Positions 20,998-31,686 are shown, counted from the stretch's first letter. The stretch is DNA of 64,000 nt from an uncultured Solirubrobacterales bacterium (GCA_963718425.1 CAVQZJ010000037.1:331-64330), one strand, 5' to 3'. Program-made: numbers and translations. The notes: generated by a model not told the origin, from the sequence alone.

Positions 20998-22461
20998 TCA
21001 AGGAGTCGCCGCCGCCGGCTCCTCGCACAGTCTTGCGGTGACCGCTTCGGCGCTGACATTGGCCCGCCGGGTGGTGCTGGCGAACCCCAGGATGAGCACG
21101 ATTAGGCCACAGCCGGCGACGATCCACCAGGCCGGATGCGTGGCGGCGGCGAAACCGGGGCCGAAGGCCTGGCCGCCGCTGGCGCCCGCGACCGCCCCCA
21201 TCACGGCGATCCCGAAGGTCTGTCCCACCTGACGGCTGGTCGAGGCGACGGCGGCCGCGACTCCGGCCTGGGACGCCGGCATCCCGGCCAGGGCAGTGTT
21301 GGTAATGGGGGTGTTGACAAGGCCGAAGCCAATCCCGAAGAGGACATAGGAGGTGAGCAGAACCTCGACTGGCGTATGCGGGGCGAGTCCCGTCAGCAGC
21401 AGTGGGCTGAGGGTCATCGCGAGGCCCACTCCGAGCAGCGGCCAGCGCGGGCCACTGCGCCCGACGATGCGGCCCGAGATTGGGGCCAGCAACAGCGCCA
21501 TCAGGGCGATCGGGAGGGTGTAGATGCCGGCCTCGAGGGCCGAGAGGTGGCGGACCTCCTGCAGGTAGAGGGTGTTGAGGAACAAATAGCCGCCAAGCGA
21601 GGCGAAGGCGCAGACCGCGATCACACTCGCACCTGAGAAGGGCGCGCTGCGGAAGAAGCGGACTTCCAGCAGCGGCTCCCGCCGGCGGAGCTCGTACAGG
21701 ACCAGGCTTACGAAGGCGATCAGCGAGATGGCGAACAGGGAGAGGATCTCCGTCGAGGTCCAGCCCCGGGACTCGCCCTCGATGATCGCGTAGACCAGGG
21801 ATGAGAGCGCCACGATCACGAGGACCTGCCCGACCGGGTCGAACCGCCGGGCGTGCTCGGCCCGGGACTCAGGCACGAACAGGGTCGTCAGCACGAAGGC
21901 CACGACGCCGACCGGGATGTTCACGAGGAAGACGAAGCGCCATCCGACCGTGTCAACGAGGGCGCCGCCGATGATCGGCCCCAGTGCCAGGCTGATTCCC
22001 ACCACGGCCGCCCAGACCCCGATCGCCTGCGCCCGCTCGCGGGGGTCCTCGAAGACGTTGCGGATGATCGACATGGCGACCGGGTTGAGCATCGAGCCGC
22101 CGACGGCCTGCAGGGCCCGCGCCCCAACGAGGACATTCAGGCTGGGAGAGGCCGCGCATAGTGCCGATCCGGCGGTAAAGACCACCAGGCCGATGCTGAA
22201 GATCCGCTTTCGCCCGACCCGGTCGCCGGTCGAGCCGGCGAGCATCAGCAGGCTGGCGATCACGAGCGTGTAGGAATCGATCACCCACTGAAGGCCCGAC
22301 AGGGGCGCGTCCAGTGAATGGTGGATCGCCGGCAGGGCCACGTTGACGATCGTCGTGTCGAGGCTGACGATCAGCACGCTCATCGAGCAGATGGCGAGTA
22401 TCAGCTTCCGTCGCGAGCGGGAGAGCTCAAACTCGGAGCCGGGCGCCGGCGAGAGGGGCAT
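20998..22461 (-). CDS. MFS transporter, DHA2 (14-TMS) family
   Basis: LDTTIVNVALP, GSTGDRVGRKR, WRFVFLVNIPVG. Confidence 0.92.
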   Translation of the reverse strand: MPLSPAPGSEFELSRSRRKLILAICSMSVLIVSLDTTIVNVALPAIHHSLDAPLSGLQWVIDSYTLVIASLLMLAGSTGDRVGRKRIFSIGLVVFTAGSALCAASPSLNVLVGARALQAVGGSMLNPVAMSIIRNVFEDPRERAQAIGVWAAVVGISLALGPIIGGALVDTVGWRFVFLVNIPVGVVAFVLTTLFVPESRAEHARRFDPVGQVLVIVALSSLVYAIIEGESRGWTSTEILSLFAISLIAFVSLVLYELRRREPLLEVRFFRSAPFSGASVIAVCAFASLGGYLFLNTLYLQEVRHLSALEAGIYTLPIALMALLLAPISGRIVGRSGPRWPLLGVGLAMTLSPLLLTGLAPHTPVEVLLTSYVLFGIGFGLVNTPITNTALAGMPASQAGVAAAVASTSRQVGQTFGIAVMGAVAGASGGQAFGPGFAAATHPAWWIVAGCGLIVLILGFASTTRRANVSAEAVTARLCEEPAAATP

Positions 22462-22642
22462 CTTCCCAGTGTGCCCTATGGCCGAAGCATCTGAGCGAAG
22501 ACCCTGAGCGGCCGAGCTCGTGGGTGTCAACCGGCGTCGATCTGGGGCCCCGCCCACAGGCCCGCCCGGTGCACCGAGGGACGACACGCGGCGTGATTGA
22601 CCTGTTTTCAAACATCGAAGATGGGTGTAGACTCACGCGGTC

Positions 22643-23527
22643 GTGTCTGAGATCTCGCCAGCCCTCTACAGAGCCGGATCCGGTGAGCCCGTGGTGCTGC
22701 TGCACGGCTTCACTGGAGCGTGGATGCACTGGCGTGCCATCCTGGCCGATCTGACTCCGCGCTACGAAGTGATCGCGCCGACACTGCCGGGCCACGATGG
22801 CGGACCGCGATTTGCCGATGATCTGCCGATCACCTTCGCGAACTCGACAGATGCGGTCGAGCGCCAACTGGACGAGCTGGGCATCAGCACGGCGCACTTC
22901 GTCGGCAACTCGATGGGCGGCGGAATTGCACTCGAGCTGGCCAAGCGCGGCAGGGCGCGATCGGTCGTGGCGCTGGCACCGGCCGGAGGCTGGAGCCAGG
23001 GCGACGGAGAGGGCCCACGCATCGGACGCTTCTTCGCCAAGCAGATCAAGATGCTGAGGCGGACCCACGCTTGGAGCGAGCGGATCATGAAGCGCCCGGG
23101 AACCAGACACCTTGCGTTCAGGGACGTCATGCGCCACGGCGAGCTCGTCTCACCGGCGGACGCGGCCGACTTCTCTATGGCTGCGCTGCGCTGCTCGATC
23201 AGCCAGCGCGCGATTCAGACACTGCTAGCCGACAGCGCTGAGCTCACGATCAGCGATCTGGACCGGATCACCTGTCCCGTGCTGTTGGGGACGCCGCGGT
23301 TCGATCGGATCCTGCCGGGGCCAAGGCACGCCCCCCGCTACCGGCGAGAGATACCGGGGGTGAAGGCGATCACGCTTCCCGACTGCGGGCACCTGCCGAT
23401 GTGGGATGACAGCAAGTTCGTCACGAAGCTGATCGTAGACCTCGTCGATAGTCACACCACCACGGACGACACTCCGCCGGCCGAGCAGGACACGCTGGCC
23501 TCACACCAGACGGCTGTCGGGGCCTAA
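22643..23527 (+). CDS. Alpha/beta hydrolase
   Basis: LLHGF, GNSMGG, CGHLP. Confidence 0.9.
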   Translation: MSEISPALYRAGSGEPVVLLHGFTGAWMHWRAILADLTPRYEVIAPTLPGHDGGPRFADDLPITFANSTDAVERQLDELGISTAHFVGNSMGGGIALELAKRGRARSVVALAPAGGWSQGDGEGPRIGRFFAKQIKMLRRTHAWSERIMKRPGTRHLAFRDVMRHGELVSPADAADFSMAALRCSISQRAIQTLLADSAELTISDLDRITCPVLLGTPRFDRILPGPRHAPRYRREIPGVKAITLPDCGHLPMWDDSKFVTKLIVDLVDSHTTTDDTPPAEQDTLASHQTAVGA

Positions 23528-23689
23528 CCCAATACCGTTGGTTGGGGCCGGCTTCGGCTCCACTTGAGAGGAGCGGCCAACCGCGCTGTCGACGAGGCTT
23601 GTTCCGGGCATGCGTGCTGCGGGCTCGGTGACGCTCGCGATGTCTCCGCGAGCAGGCATCGTGTCGTAGGTCTTGCGTGGCGGTCGCCC

Positions 23690-24283
23690 CTAGGACGATT
23701 GCGGGCCGAGCATCGTTCTGATCGTGTTGCGGGCGCCGGGGACCTTGCGTCCGGCCTCCATCTCGATCAATGCGGCCTCTGAGGTCAGCGCGACGATCAG
23801 GCGGGCGGATATGCGGGCCGGTGTCATGCCGATCGCGCGCATGCTGGGCTCTGCGAGTTGCGCGAACAGCGCCTCGCGATCCTCCATCGTGGTCGTCAGC
23901 GTGCTCTGTGCGCGGGTCTCAAACACGAGCGCCTTGACCGCGCGGTTCGCCAAGCAGACATCGAGATACGCCTCTATCGCTGCGCGCAACAGCTCGCGCC
24001 CCGCGGGAAGGCCGGCGACCGCATGCGAGACGGCCTCGGTTACCTGCGAGTAGAAGCGCTGATGGAGGGCGTCGATGAACGACTCGCGATCGTCGAAGTA
24101 GACGTAGAAGGTTCCCTTCGCTACACCAGCACGATCCGCGACGGCCGCGACGCTCAACCCCGACAGCCCATCGCGCTCGGCAACAACCTCGCCGGCCTTG
24201 AGAAGGGCCTCCCGCGTCCGACGCCCCTTGGGAGTCACCGGCGTGTCCTCGGTATGTGCATCGGGGGTCGCCTGCGATGCCAT
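23690..24283 (-). CDS. TetR family regulator
   Basis: VADRAGVAKGTFYVYF. Confidence 0.9.
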   Translation of the reverse strand: MASQATPDAHTEDTPVTPKGRRTREALLKAGEVVAERDGLSGLSVAAVADRAGVAKGTFYVYFDDRESFIDALHQRFYSQVTEAVSHAVAGLPAGRELLRAAIEAYLDVCLANRAVKALVFETRAQSTLTTTMEDREALFAQLAEPSMRAIGMTPARISARLIVALTSEAALIEMEAGRKVPGARNTIRTMLGPQSS

Positions 24284-24297
24284 TCGGCACACTATAG

Positions 24298-24334
24298 ATG
24301 ACCGCGCGGTCATTGAAAACTGACCATACGGTCA
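24298..24334. promoter_or_regulatory. Two TetR-type operators TGACC-N4-GGTCA
   Basis: ATGACCGCGCGGTCAT (perfect palindrome) and TGACCATACGGTCA between divergent genes. Confidence 0.75.
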
Positions 24335-24392
24335 TAATTATGCTAGCGTCCCTACGCGTGCCAGCGAAGACGGATCTCCAGAAGGGAGCACC

Positions 24393-25346
24393 ATGAACAC
24401 CACTAACACACCCACACACCTGTGGCGCTCTGAGGCTCTGGGTGTCGAAGAAGAGGTATCGCTGCCGCAGGGGCGGCTGCAGTACTTTCGTCGTGGCGAG
24501 GGCCCTGTCGTCGTGTTTGCCCACGGGTGGCTTGCCAACGCGAATCTCTGGCGCAAGGTGGTGGCCCGTCTCGCGGATCGCTTCACTTGCATCGCTCTCG
24601 ACCTCCCGCTCGGCGCGCACCGCCTCGCCATGGATCCCGATGCCGACCTCAGCCCGGCTGGCTGCGGAGACCTGATCGCCTCGGCTTTGGCGGCGCTCGG
24701 ACTCATCGACGTGACGCTTGTGGGCAACGACTCGGGTGGCGCGTACTCGCAGATCGCGGTTGCGTCCGACCCCCAACGTGTCGCGCGGCTGGTGCTGAAC
24801 TCCTGCGAGACACCCTACAGCGAGTTTCCACCCGCGCCGTTTGACGGACTGCCCATGGCGGCCAAGGACCCCGCGACGTTGGGCCAGTTGTTTGAGGCCC
24901 TGCGCGACCCGGCGATCCGATCGACGCCAGCTGCTTTCGGGCTGCTCATCAAGCGCCCACTCGAGGACATCGTCTCCGATTCCTATGCGCTGCCATGCGT
25001 CTGCGACCCCGCGATCCTGCGTGATGTCAGCAAGGTGATGTCGAGCGCGACCTCAGCGCCTGTGCAAGAGGCGGGAAGGCGACTCATCGCCGAGTTCAAG
25101 CGTCCCGTGCTGTTCGTCTGGAGTCCCGAGGACCAGGTGTTCGCGCCCGCCGACGCGCGGTGCTACTGTGAGGCGCTCAGCGACGGACGGATGGTCCTCA
25201 TCCAGGACGCCTACAGCTTCACCCCCGAGGACCAGCCCGACCAGCTCGCCGAGGAGATCGCGAAATTCGCCGAGGATGAGCTTGCCCCGACCGTTACCGG
25301 CAAGACCGCCTCGGCCTCACCAGACGGCTACCGGGGCGTAGCGTAG
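24393..25346 (+). CDS. Alpha/beta hydrolase (Asp-nucleophile, epoxide hydrolase/dehalogenase-like)
   Basis: FAHG, LPLGAH, GNDSGG, PEDQP. Confidence 0.88.
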   Translation: MNTTNTPTHLWRSEALGVEEEVSLPQGRLQYFRRGEGPVVVFAHGWLANANLWRKVVARLADRFTCIALDLPLGAHRLAMDPDADLSPAGCGDLIASALAALGLIDVTLVGNDSGGAYSQIAVASDPQRVARLVLNSCETPYSEFPPAPFDGLPMAAKDPATLGQLFEALRDPAIRSTPAAFGLLIKRPLEDIVSDSYALPCVCDPAILRDVSKVMSSATSAPVQEAGRRLIAEFKRPVLFVWSPEDQVFAPADARCYCEALSDGRMVLIQDAYSFTPEDQPDQLAEEIAKFAEDELAPTVTGKTASASPDGYRGVA

Positions 25347-25467
25347 AGCCCAAGTCCCGCCTGCTCCTCTTCGCCGAAAGATCTCCGCCGAACTGCGTTA
25401 AGGCCCCGAACCGGATGAGGCGCGCCGTTCGCTTGCCTACACTCAAGAGCAGCATGGGGGAGAGAAG

Positions 25468-26715
25468 ATGAACCGGCAGGCCAGATGTCTGATCCTGCTC
25501 CTAACAATGACTGTCCTGGTGCTCGTGCCAGCGCTGGCCGCGGCCCCAGCATCGGCGCTCTCGGGGGTCGAGTACAAACTGCACTTCACCGGCGAAGGCA
25601 AGGAGACGCTCTCGACGACGAGCGAAGTTCTAGAACAGGAAACACGCCAGCAGAACGCGACCTGGACGTTCCTGCCCAGAGACGTAAACGTCTGGCTTCC
25701 CAAGTTCAACGGACCGCCCGGCCAAGCCAACGCAAGAGAAGCAGAAGTCCCGACCGTCGACGAACGGATCTCCCAAGGGCTATACAAACCGATCGGAGAA
25801 GTCAAAGAGACCGGCACCTACTTCGAAGTGCACGAATCGGAACCTGTCGCAGAACCGTTCTCGTGTAATGGATCGATCGTGTTCGTCGGCCCGATCATTC
25901 ATCGCGTGATCGTTACCCCGCTCGACCCCACGATCGATCTGGAGACCGACTTCCAGGGCACGCTGGGAATCGCCAACAAGGGAGTCATCGGCAACACCGT
26001 CGGCGAACCGTGCTGGACGGCAGGTAAAGGCGAAGAAGGCTTCGGCTACTTCAACTTCCAGTGGGACAACCCCCACGGTCAGCGCCTGCAAGTGGGAATG
26101 TCGATCCCCGCCCAGCAGATCGGGGAGCCGAGCATCGGCGGGCCCGCCATGGACTTCAGCAACGTCGAAACTTCAGAATCAGCACAGGACTGCTTGGGGT
26201 CTCACGGCTGCAAAGTCACATTCAAGCTCACCGGCGAATACGACCTCGAAAAGATCTGCGAAGGGACGGATGCGAGCGGGGCGTTCGCCTGCGGATCTGG
26301 TTCGAGTGGCAGCAGCAGTAACAACAACAACTCCAACAACTCAAACCCCGGCGGCGGCAAGCAGGCCGAAGAAGCCAAGAAGGCAGAAGAAGCGGCGAAA
26401 GCGGCGGCGGCCAAGAAGAAAGAAGAAGAAAAGAAGAAGCAGTCCAAAGAAGAAGCAAAAGCGTCGGTGAAGATCGAGTCGGTCAAGCTGCATGGCGCGG
26501 AGCTCCTCCTAAAGATCAAGATCTCAGAGGCCGGCATCGTCACGGTTACCGGCGCCGGTTTGAAGAAGACGACAAAGACATTGCCTGCAGGTACTCACAC
26601 GTTGAAGATCCCAGTCAGCAAGATGGCCAGGGCCAAGCATCAGAAGACCAAGCTGATGGTCAGCCTGAAGGTCGGCACCAAGACCGTCAGCACCTCAAAG
26701 AAGCTCACGCTCTAG
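25468..26715 (+). CDS. Secreted protein of unknown function, paralog A (novel N-domain, EAKKAEEA linker, basic beta C-domain)
   Basis: Signal peptide ending ASA; GGAGAG upstream; similar to 26775-28076. Confidence 0.8.
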   Translation: MNRQARCLILLLTMTVLVLVPALAAAPASALSGVEYKLHFTGEGKETLSTTSEVLEQETRQQNATWTFLPRDVNVWLPKFNGPPGQANAREAEVPTVDERISQGLYKPIGEVKETGTYFEVHESEPVAEPFSCNGSIVFVGPIIHRVIVTPLDPTIDLETDFQGTLGIANKGVIGNTVGEPCWTAGKGEEGFGYFNFQWDNPHGQRLQVGMSIPAQQIGEPSIGGPAMDFSNVETSESAQDCLGSHGCKVTFKLTGEYDLEKICEGTDASGAFACGSGSSGSSSNNNNSNNSNPGGGKQAEEAKKAEEAAKAAAAKKKEEEKKKQSKEEAKASVKIESVKLHGAELLLKIKISEAGIVTVTGAGLKKTTKTLPAGTHTLKIPVSKMARAKHQKTKLMVSLKVGTKTVSTSKKLTL

Positions 26716-26716
26716 A
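26596..26716 (+). repeat. 121-bp identical direct repeat, copy 1
   Basis: Identical to 27957-28077. Confidence 0.85.
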
Positions 26717-26774
26717 GCGCTGTGTCAGGGTTGCTTTGTCGATCTCGATCTCCTCAGTGAAGGGAACCCCACCG

Positions 26775-28076
26775 ATGATCCACCGTGTGAAGCGAGGCCT
26801 ACACATCGAGCGTCAGGCATTGCTGTGGCTGCGGGTTCCGTTGGCGTTGGCGATTGCCACGGCCGTGTTGGCGGTGGGCATGGCCGGTCAGGCCTGGGCG
26901 GTCGGCGGCTTCGAGTACAAGCTGCACCTGAAAGTGGAAGGCAAGACGACGCTTTCCTCCCAGGCCGGTGGGCTTCCGCAGGCCACGGTCAATCAGAAAG
27001 CGTCGTGGACGTACATGCCGAAGGAAGTGATGGTGTCGATCCCGCAGTTCAACGGACCGCCGGGCGCAGCGAACGCCAAGGAGGTGGAAGTCGAAACCGC
27101 GGACGAACGGGAATTCGGTACGCCGGTGGGCAAGGTGGAAGAAAGCGGCACGTACAAGTCCTTCAGCAGCGAAGACGCGATCCCGTTCTCATGCGAAGCG
27201 CCGATCCTCTACACAGGCCCGATCGTGCAACGCACGATCGTGACCCCGCTGGATCCGACGATTGAGTTGGAGACCGACTTCCGGGGTTCGCTGGGCGTGA
27301 AGCACAACGGCGGCTTCAGCGTCGAGGTGGGAGAACCGTGCTACCACGAAAACAACCCAGCAGAAACTGAACAGAACGGCCTGTTCTACTACGAATGGGA
27401 CCAGCCGCACGGCCTCCGCATACAGGTTGGGATGCTGATCCCTCAACAGCAGGTTGGAGAGAGCTCCATCTCCGGGCCGGCGGAAGACTACAACAACGTT
27501 GTTGTGTCAGAACCACCATCCTCCGACTGCGAGCCCGGCGGAGGTACGTGTGAACGGACGTTCAAACTGAGCGGTGAATACGAGCTTGAATTGGTCTGCG
27601 CAGGGGCCGAATCACCGAGCGGCTGGGGCTGCTCGTCGGGCAGCTCGAGCGGCGGCAGCAGCAGCGAAAATCCGAAATCGGGCGGCGGCGAAGAAGCAAA
27701 GAAGGCGGAAGAAGCCAAGAAGGCAGAAGAAGCGGCGAAAGCGGCGGCGGCAAAGAAGGCAGAAGAAACAAAAAAGGAAGAAGAAGCAGCAAAGAAAAAA
27801 CACGCGGAAGAAGAAGCAAAAGCGTCGGTGAAGATCGAGTCGGTCAAGCTGACCTCCGCGGGCTTGCTGGTGAAGGTCAAGACCTCGGAGTCCGGTATGG
27901 TCACGGTCACTGGCGCGGGCTTGACGAAGGTCGCAAAGACATTGCCGGCGGGTACCCACACGTTGAAGATCCCAGTCAGCAAGATGGCCAGGGCCAAGCA
28001 TCAGAAGACCAAGCTGATGGTCAGCCTGAAGGTCGGCACCAAGACCGTCAGCACCTCAAAGAAGCTCACGCTCTAG
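26775..28076 (+). CDS. Secreted protein of unknown function, paralog B
   Basis: Signal peptide ending AWA; shares EYKLH, PxFNGPPGxANA, IVTPLDPTIxLETDFxG with paralog A. Confidence 0.8.
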   Translation: MIHRVKRGLHIERQALLWLRVPLALAIATAVLAVGMAGQAWAVGGFEYKLHLKVEGKTTLSSQAGGLPQATVNQKASWTYMPKEVMVSIPQFNGPPGAANAKEVEVETADEREFGTPVGKVEESGTYKSFSSEDAIPFSCEAPILYTGPIVQRTIVTPLDPTIELETDFRGSLGVKHNGGFSVEVGEPCYHENNPAETEQNGLFYYEWDQPHGLRIQVGMLIPQQQVGESSISGPAEDYNNVVVSEPPSSDCEPGGGTCERTFKLSGEYELELVCAGAESPSGWGCSSGSSSGGSSSENPKSGGGEEAKKAEEAKKAEEAAKAAAAKKAEETKKEEEAAKKKHAEEEAKASVKIESVKLTSAGLLVKVKTSESGMVTVTGAGLTKVAKTLPAGTHTLKIPVSKMARAKHQKTKLMVSLKVGTKTVSTSKKLTL

Positions 28077-28077
28077 A
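27957..28077 (+). repeat. 121-bp identical direct repeat, copy 2
   Basis: Identical to 26596-26716. Confidence 0.85.
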
Positions 28078-28269
28078 CGTAAGAGTCGCCGCCGCCTTTT
28101 CAGACCGCGACTACAAGACGAGCATGGGCAGGCTAGGCGCCTGCCGGCGCAGCCGATTCGTCTGCCGTCCAAGTCCTGTGCGCCAAACAACGGCGGAGAC
28201 TGTATAGATCGCGAGTGCGTTGGACGGTTGCAGCGGGGCTGGATCTTCCATACCCGGGGTGCGAGTGCG

Positions 28270-31266
28270 CTATGAGGACTTCTGCTTGGTCTTCCTCTTG
28301 CCGTATCTCTTACGTGCCGCTCTGTCGCATGCTCGACGCTGCTTGCGCCTTGCCCGCTTGGCGCACGCCTTCAGCGCCCTGCTGAGCTTCTGCGCTCTCG
28401 TGAGCGGCTTGGTCTTGGGCGGCGCGGGTTGTTCGGGTGTGGCCGGGTAGATGATCGGAAGCCACCCGGGGGGTAAGAGGTTGGATAGAAGTGGTGTCGG
28501 GTTGCTCGTCGGGGTGGTGAGCGTCTCTGTTTCACCGATCGTCACCCCTGAGACGTTCGCCGCCCGCAGACGGTAGTAGTACTTGGTCCCCGGCTGCAGC
28601 CCGGTGATCGTTTCGGGACCGACAGGAACTTCGCCTGCGCTTGCGGCGACTTCTTGATCGGCTGTGCTCTGTCCGAGTGCTTGGGTTCCTCCGTATTCGA
28701 AGTGGTACCGGGTGCTGGCGAGTTCTGGTTTTATGACGCCCGAGAGAACAGCCGTCGTGGTGCTCGCGCCCCACCCGGACGCGCCGATCACGGCCGGCTT
28801 GTTCGGTGCTGTCATGACCGTCCCCTGGCCTTCGCTCGGCGAGCTCTTGCCGATTTGGTTTTCGACGACGAGGCGGTAGTAGTAGGTCGTGGCTGCTTTT
28901 AGACCGGTGACGTGAGCGCTGGCGAGCACACGCTCACCGTTGTTCCCGAGCCCTTCCTTGCACGAAGCTGTGGACCCGTATGTTTCGCTCGTTCCGTACT
29001 GGACCGCACATGTCGCCGTTTGGGCGTCAGGGCTGGTTCTCGCTTCGATGGTCGCTTCGGAGTTCGTGCTCTGAGCACTGACCGATTCGATCTTAGGCGC
29101 GGTCGCTTCGGTCAAGAACGAACGTTCCCCGCCGACGGTAGAGCCGATTCTGTTCTTGGCCACGAGGCACACGTTGTAGTAGGCGCCAGGCTGTAGGCCT
29201 GTGACCGCGGCTGAGACTTCGTCCACTTCGCCGAGCTTGGTGTCTGGCTCTTCGGCGGTGGTGCTCGCGTGTTCTGATGAGCAGGTGAACTGCGGGGCGT
29301 ACCGGAAGTACCAGCTCGTAGCGATCGGCTGAGGGCCGAGCTTGCCCTCGAGAGTCGCCGAGTCGGTGCTGACGTCGATGGCGGGGCTGGTCCGGGGCGG
29401 TGCGGGCGCCGCGGGTTCGGTAGTGAACGTCAGTGTTGGGCCCGTCGTTTCCCCGGAGGCATCGGTCGCGACCAGACAGTATGAGTATTCGGTGTCGGCT
29501 TCCAGACCGAACAGTTCGCCAGAGACGTGGATATTTTCGCCCTGCTGTTCTGGCTGCAGAGGGGTTTCCTTGCCGCCGACGCAGGCAGCGCCCTTGTTGT
29601 AGGCGAAGTAGTAGCCGGCTTTCGTGTCCGAGTGCGGGTCGAGCGCCCCGCACACCTGCCCAGTGCTGGTGAAGACGGTGCCGGCGCACGTTTCGGTTAG
29701 CGGGGCTTCGGGACCGCCGCCTTTGTGCTGGCGAGCGGGCTCAAACGCACTGAGCCCGTTGGGCGTCCCGACGCCCGTGGGGCCGTCGTAGCTGACGGCG
29801 GAGTTGCAGATCAGCACGCCCTGACCGCAGTCTGTCAGTGACAGCGGGCTCATCGAGCCGGAGCAGCCGGAGGAGTATTCGCCGAAGCACTTGCCGCTCG
29901 AGCCTCCGGTGATGTCGTGCAGTGCCGCTGAACCCAAATGGGAGTACAGCGTCTGGGCGGGGTATGCCACGCCATGCGCTCCACCGGCGAGCGCGAACAT
30001 CGCGGCGATTATCGGCGTGGAGGCGCTTGTGCCGCCGACCGGCGTCCAGTGAAATACGTGGGCGCTCTTCAACCCGGCGTTCAGGGGAATGTAGGGGACC
30101 GAGTCATATACGGCGACCCCGGTGTAGGGGTCGGCGTCGGCAGAGACATCGTTGACCGCACGTCGATCTTCGCAGCCGACCCTTGACCAGTCGGCCACTT
30201 CGCTCTGCCAGAGCTGGGCTTTGAAGTTCAGGCTGCAGCCTCCCCCGCTCCCACCCCACACGCTCTCTTCGCTCCAAGCCGCGGTCGTGCTGTTCAGCTT
30301 TAGGGCAGTGCCACCGACGGCGATCACGTGTGGAGATGCCGCCGGGTAGTTGACGCCAGCGGTCTCGCCAAAGAGTTCTTCTTCCAGTTTGTCCCTCTCC
30401 CAGTTCAGATAGCCGCGATCGCCGGCAGCGAACGTGATCACGACTCCTGGGTGGTTGAAGGCTTCGCTGTCACTGGACGGTTCTGAGCCGGCCCACGAGT
30501 TTGAGACCTCGCCGGCGCCGAGCTGCACGGCCGTGTCCTCGGCGGTTTCCAGGGCGGTTTCTTCGCCTTCGGCCTCGAGCAGGACGATGTGGCAGTTCTG
30601 GCAGATAGCGTGGGCCGTCTCGATGTCCAGGGACATCTCCAGCGACCAGTCGTCAACTTCTTCGATGAGTCTGCAGGCGGCTTTGCTGAGCGCTGGGTCG
30701 GCGGCGCTGTCTTCGCAGAGGGCTTCCCCTTCGCTCTTGGCCTGGGCGCTCGCCGGAAACGGCGGCTTTCCGGTTTCGCCATTCTGGTTGAGCTGCTGAA
30801 AACAGCCGTTGGCTGTGGTGCATTCGGGGAGGTGAAATTCTTCGTCGTAGACGCGCAGATCGGTTTCGGCTTCGGGATCGTTGTAGGCGTCCACGATCGC
30901 TAGCGTCTGCGGTTCAGAGGCGGGAGCGTCGGGTTCTTCACCTGGGAAGTAGGCGGCTCTGAGGTCCTGCGGGCGCAGGCCGTCTGCGCCTTCGGATGCG
31001 CTGCCGTGGACGATCGCGTGGGTTGTGGTCATGCCCAGCGGGTGGGTGCGGGCACGCGCCGCCGGGGTTCTCGGCAGAAGGATTTCCGCCAGGCACGCCA
31101 CGTGCCCAGGGGCGGGAGCGGCGCACGCCGGCTGGGTGCTGTAGTCAGAGGGCGGAAGCGGAGAGACAGCTCCAGCGTTTGTGGAGGAGGCACAAAGCAT
31201 GGAGCAGATCACCGCGAATACGCGAGCGCTTGACTGAGCTACAGATCGGATGCTCGTGGTACTCAT
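28270..31266 (-). CDS. Secreted S53 peptidase + four FN3-like domains + basic 2-Cys tail
   Basis: EMSLD, AGD, GGTSASTP, YDGPTGVGTP; LQPGTKYYYRL; tail KLSRALKACAKR...RACDRAARKRYG. Confidence 0.88.
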   Translation of the reverse strand: MSTTSIRSVAQSSARVFAVICSMLCASSTNAGAVSPLPPSDYSTQPACAAPAPGHVACLAEILLPRTPAARARTHPLGMTTTHAIVHGSASEGADGLRPQDLRAAYFPGEEPDAPASEPQTLAIVDAYNDPEAETDLRVYDEEFHLPECTTANGCFQQLNQNGETGKPPFPASAQAKSEGEALCEDSAADPALSKAACRLIEEVDDWSLEMSLDIETAHAICQNCHIVLLEAEGEETALETAEDTAVQLGAGEVSNSWAGSEPSSDSEAFNHPGVVITFAAGDRGYLNWERDKLEEELFGETAGVNYPAASPHVIAVGGTALKLNSTTAAWSEESVWGGSGGGCSLNFKAQLWQSEVADWSRVGCEDRRAVNDVSADADPYTGVAVYDSVPYIPLNAGLKSAHVFHWTPVGGTSASTPIIAAMFALAGGAHGVAYPAQTLYSHLGSAALHDITGGSSGKCFGEYSSGCSGSMSPLSLTDCGQGVLICNSAVSYDGPTGVGTPNGLSAFEPARQHKGGGPEAPLTETCAGTVFTSTGQVCGALDPHSDTKAGYYFAYNKGAACVGGKETPLQPEQQGENIHVSGELFGLEADTEYSYCLVATDASGETTGPTLTFTTEPAAPAPPRTSPAIDVSTDSATLEGKLGPQPIATSWYFRYAPQFTCSSEHASTTAEEPDTKLGEVDEVSAAVTGLQPGAYYNVCLVAKNRIGSTVGGERSFLTEATAPKIESVSAQSTNSEATIEARTSPDAQTATCAVQYGTSETYGSTASCKEGLGNNGERVLASAHVTGLKAATTYYYRLVVENQIGKSSPSEGQGTVMTAPNKPAVIGASGWGASTTTAVLSGVIKPELASTRYHFEYGGTQALGQSTADQEVAASAGEVPVGPETITGLQPGTKYYYRLRAANVSGVTIGETETLTTPTSNPTPLLSNLLPPGWLPIIYPATPEQPAPPKTKPLTRAQKLSRALKACAKRARRKQRRACDRAARKRYGKRKTKQKSS

Positions 31267-31289
31267 GGCCTTCTTCGGAATCAGCCCAA

Positions 31290-31686
31290 CTACTTCTTGG
31301 CCGGCGCTTCGCGGAGATAGTGAGCTCGATTGAGGGGCTCCTTCGCCGCGTCCGGCGAAACGAGAAAGTGGGCCAGCGCATTCATCATCTGGCCGATCAC
31401 ACCCTCGCCCCGGTGACGGTTGAACGGCGGGTCCAACGCATAGATGAGACCGTGATGACCGCGGCCACTGTCTTCCCAATCAGTCCTCGCCCGCTCGTAG
31501 TCCGCGATGTTGTCGGTAACAACCGCACGCCCATCCTTCTGCGCACGGGCGAAAGAGCAGGTCGTCGCTGATCCCGGCATACCGACTCGCATGCGCCTGC
31601 TCGGTGATTGCGACCGCGTCGAGGTCACGCTTGCGTAACTCGACCGCGATCGTCGGCGTCCAGATCTCATCCAACACCAGCCTCAC
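31290..31686 (-). CDS. PIN-like (DUF5615/VapC45-type) toxin, frameshifted near 31553
   Basis: MRLVLDE...GISDDLLF / ARAQKDGRAVVTDNIADY...HHGLI. Confidence 0.75.

Noticed and set aside
26596..28077. 121-bp repeat as a DGR template/variable pair
   Set aside because: The copies are identical with no adenine-specific mismatches, and there is no reverse transcriptase in the window.
31267..31479. N-terminal extension of ORF 28270-31479
   Set aside because: It overlaps the PIN gene in another frame; the signal peptide starts at ATG 31266.
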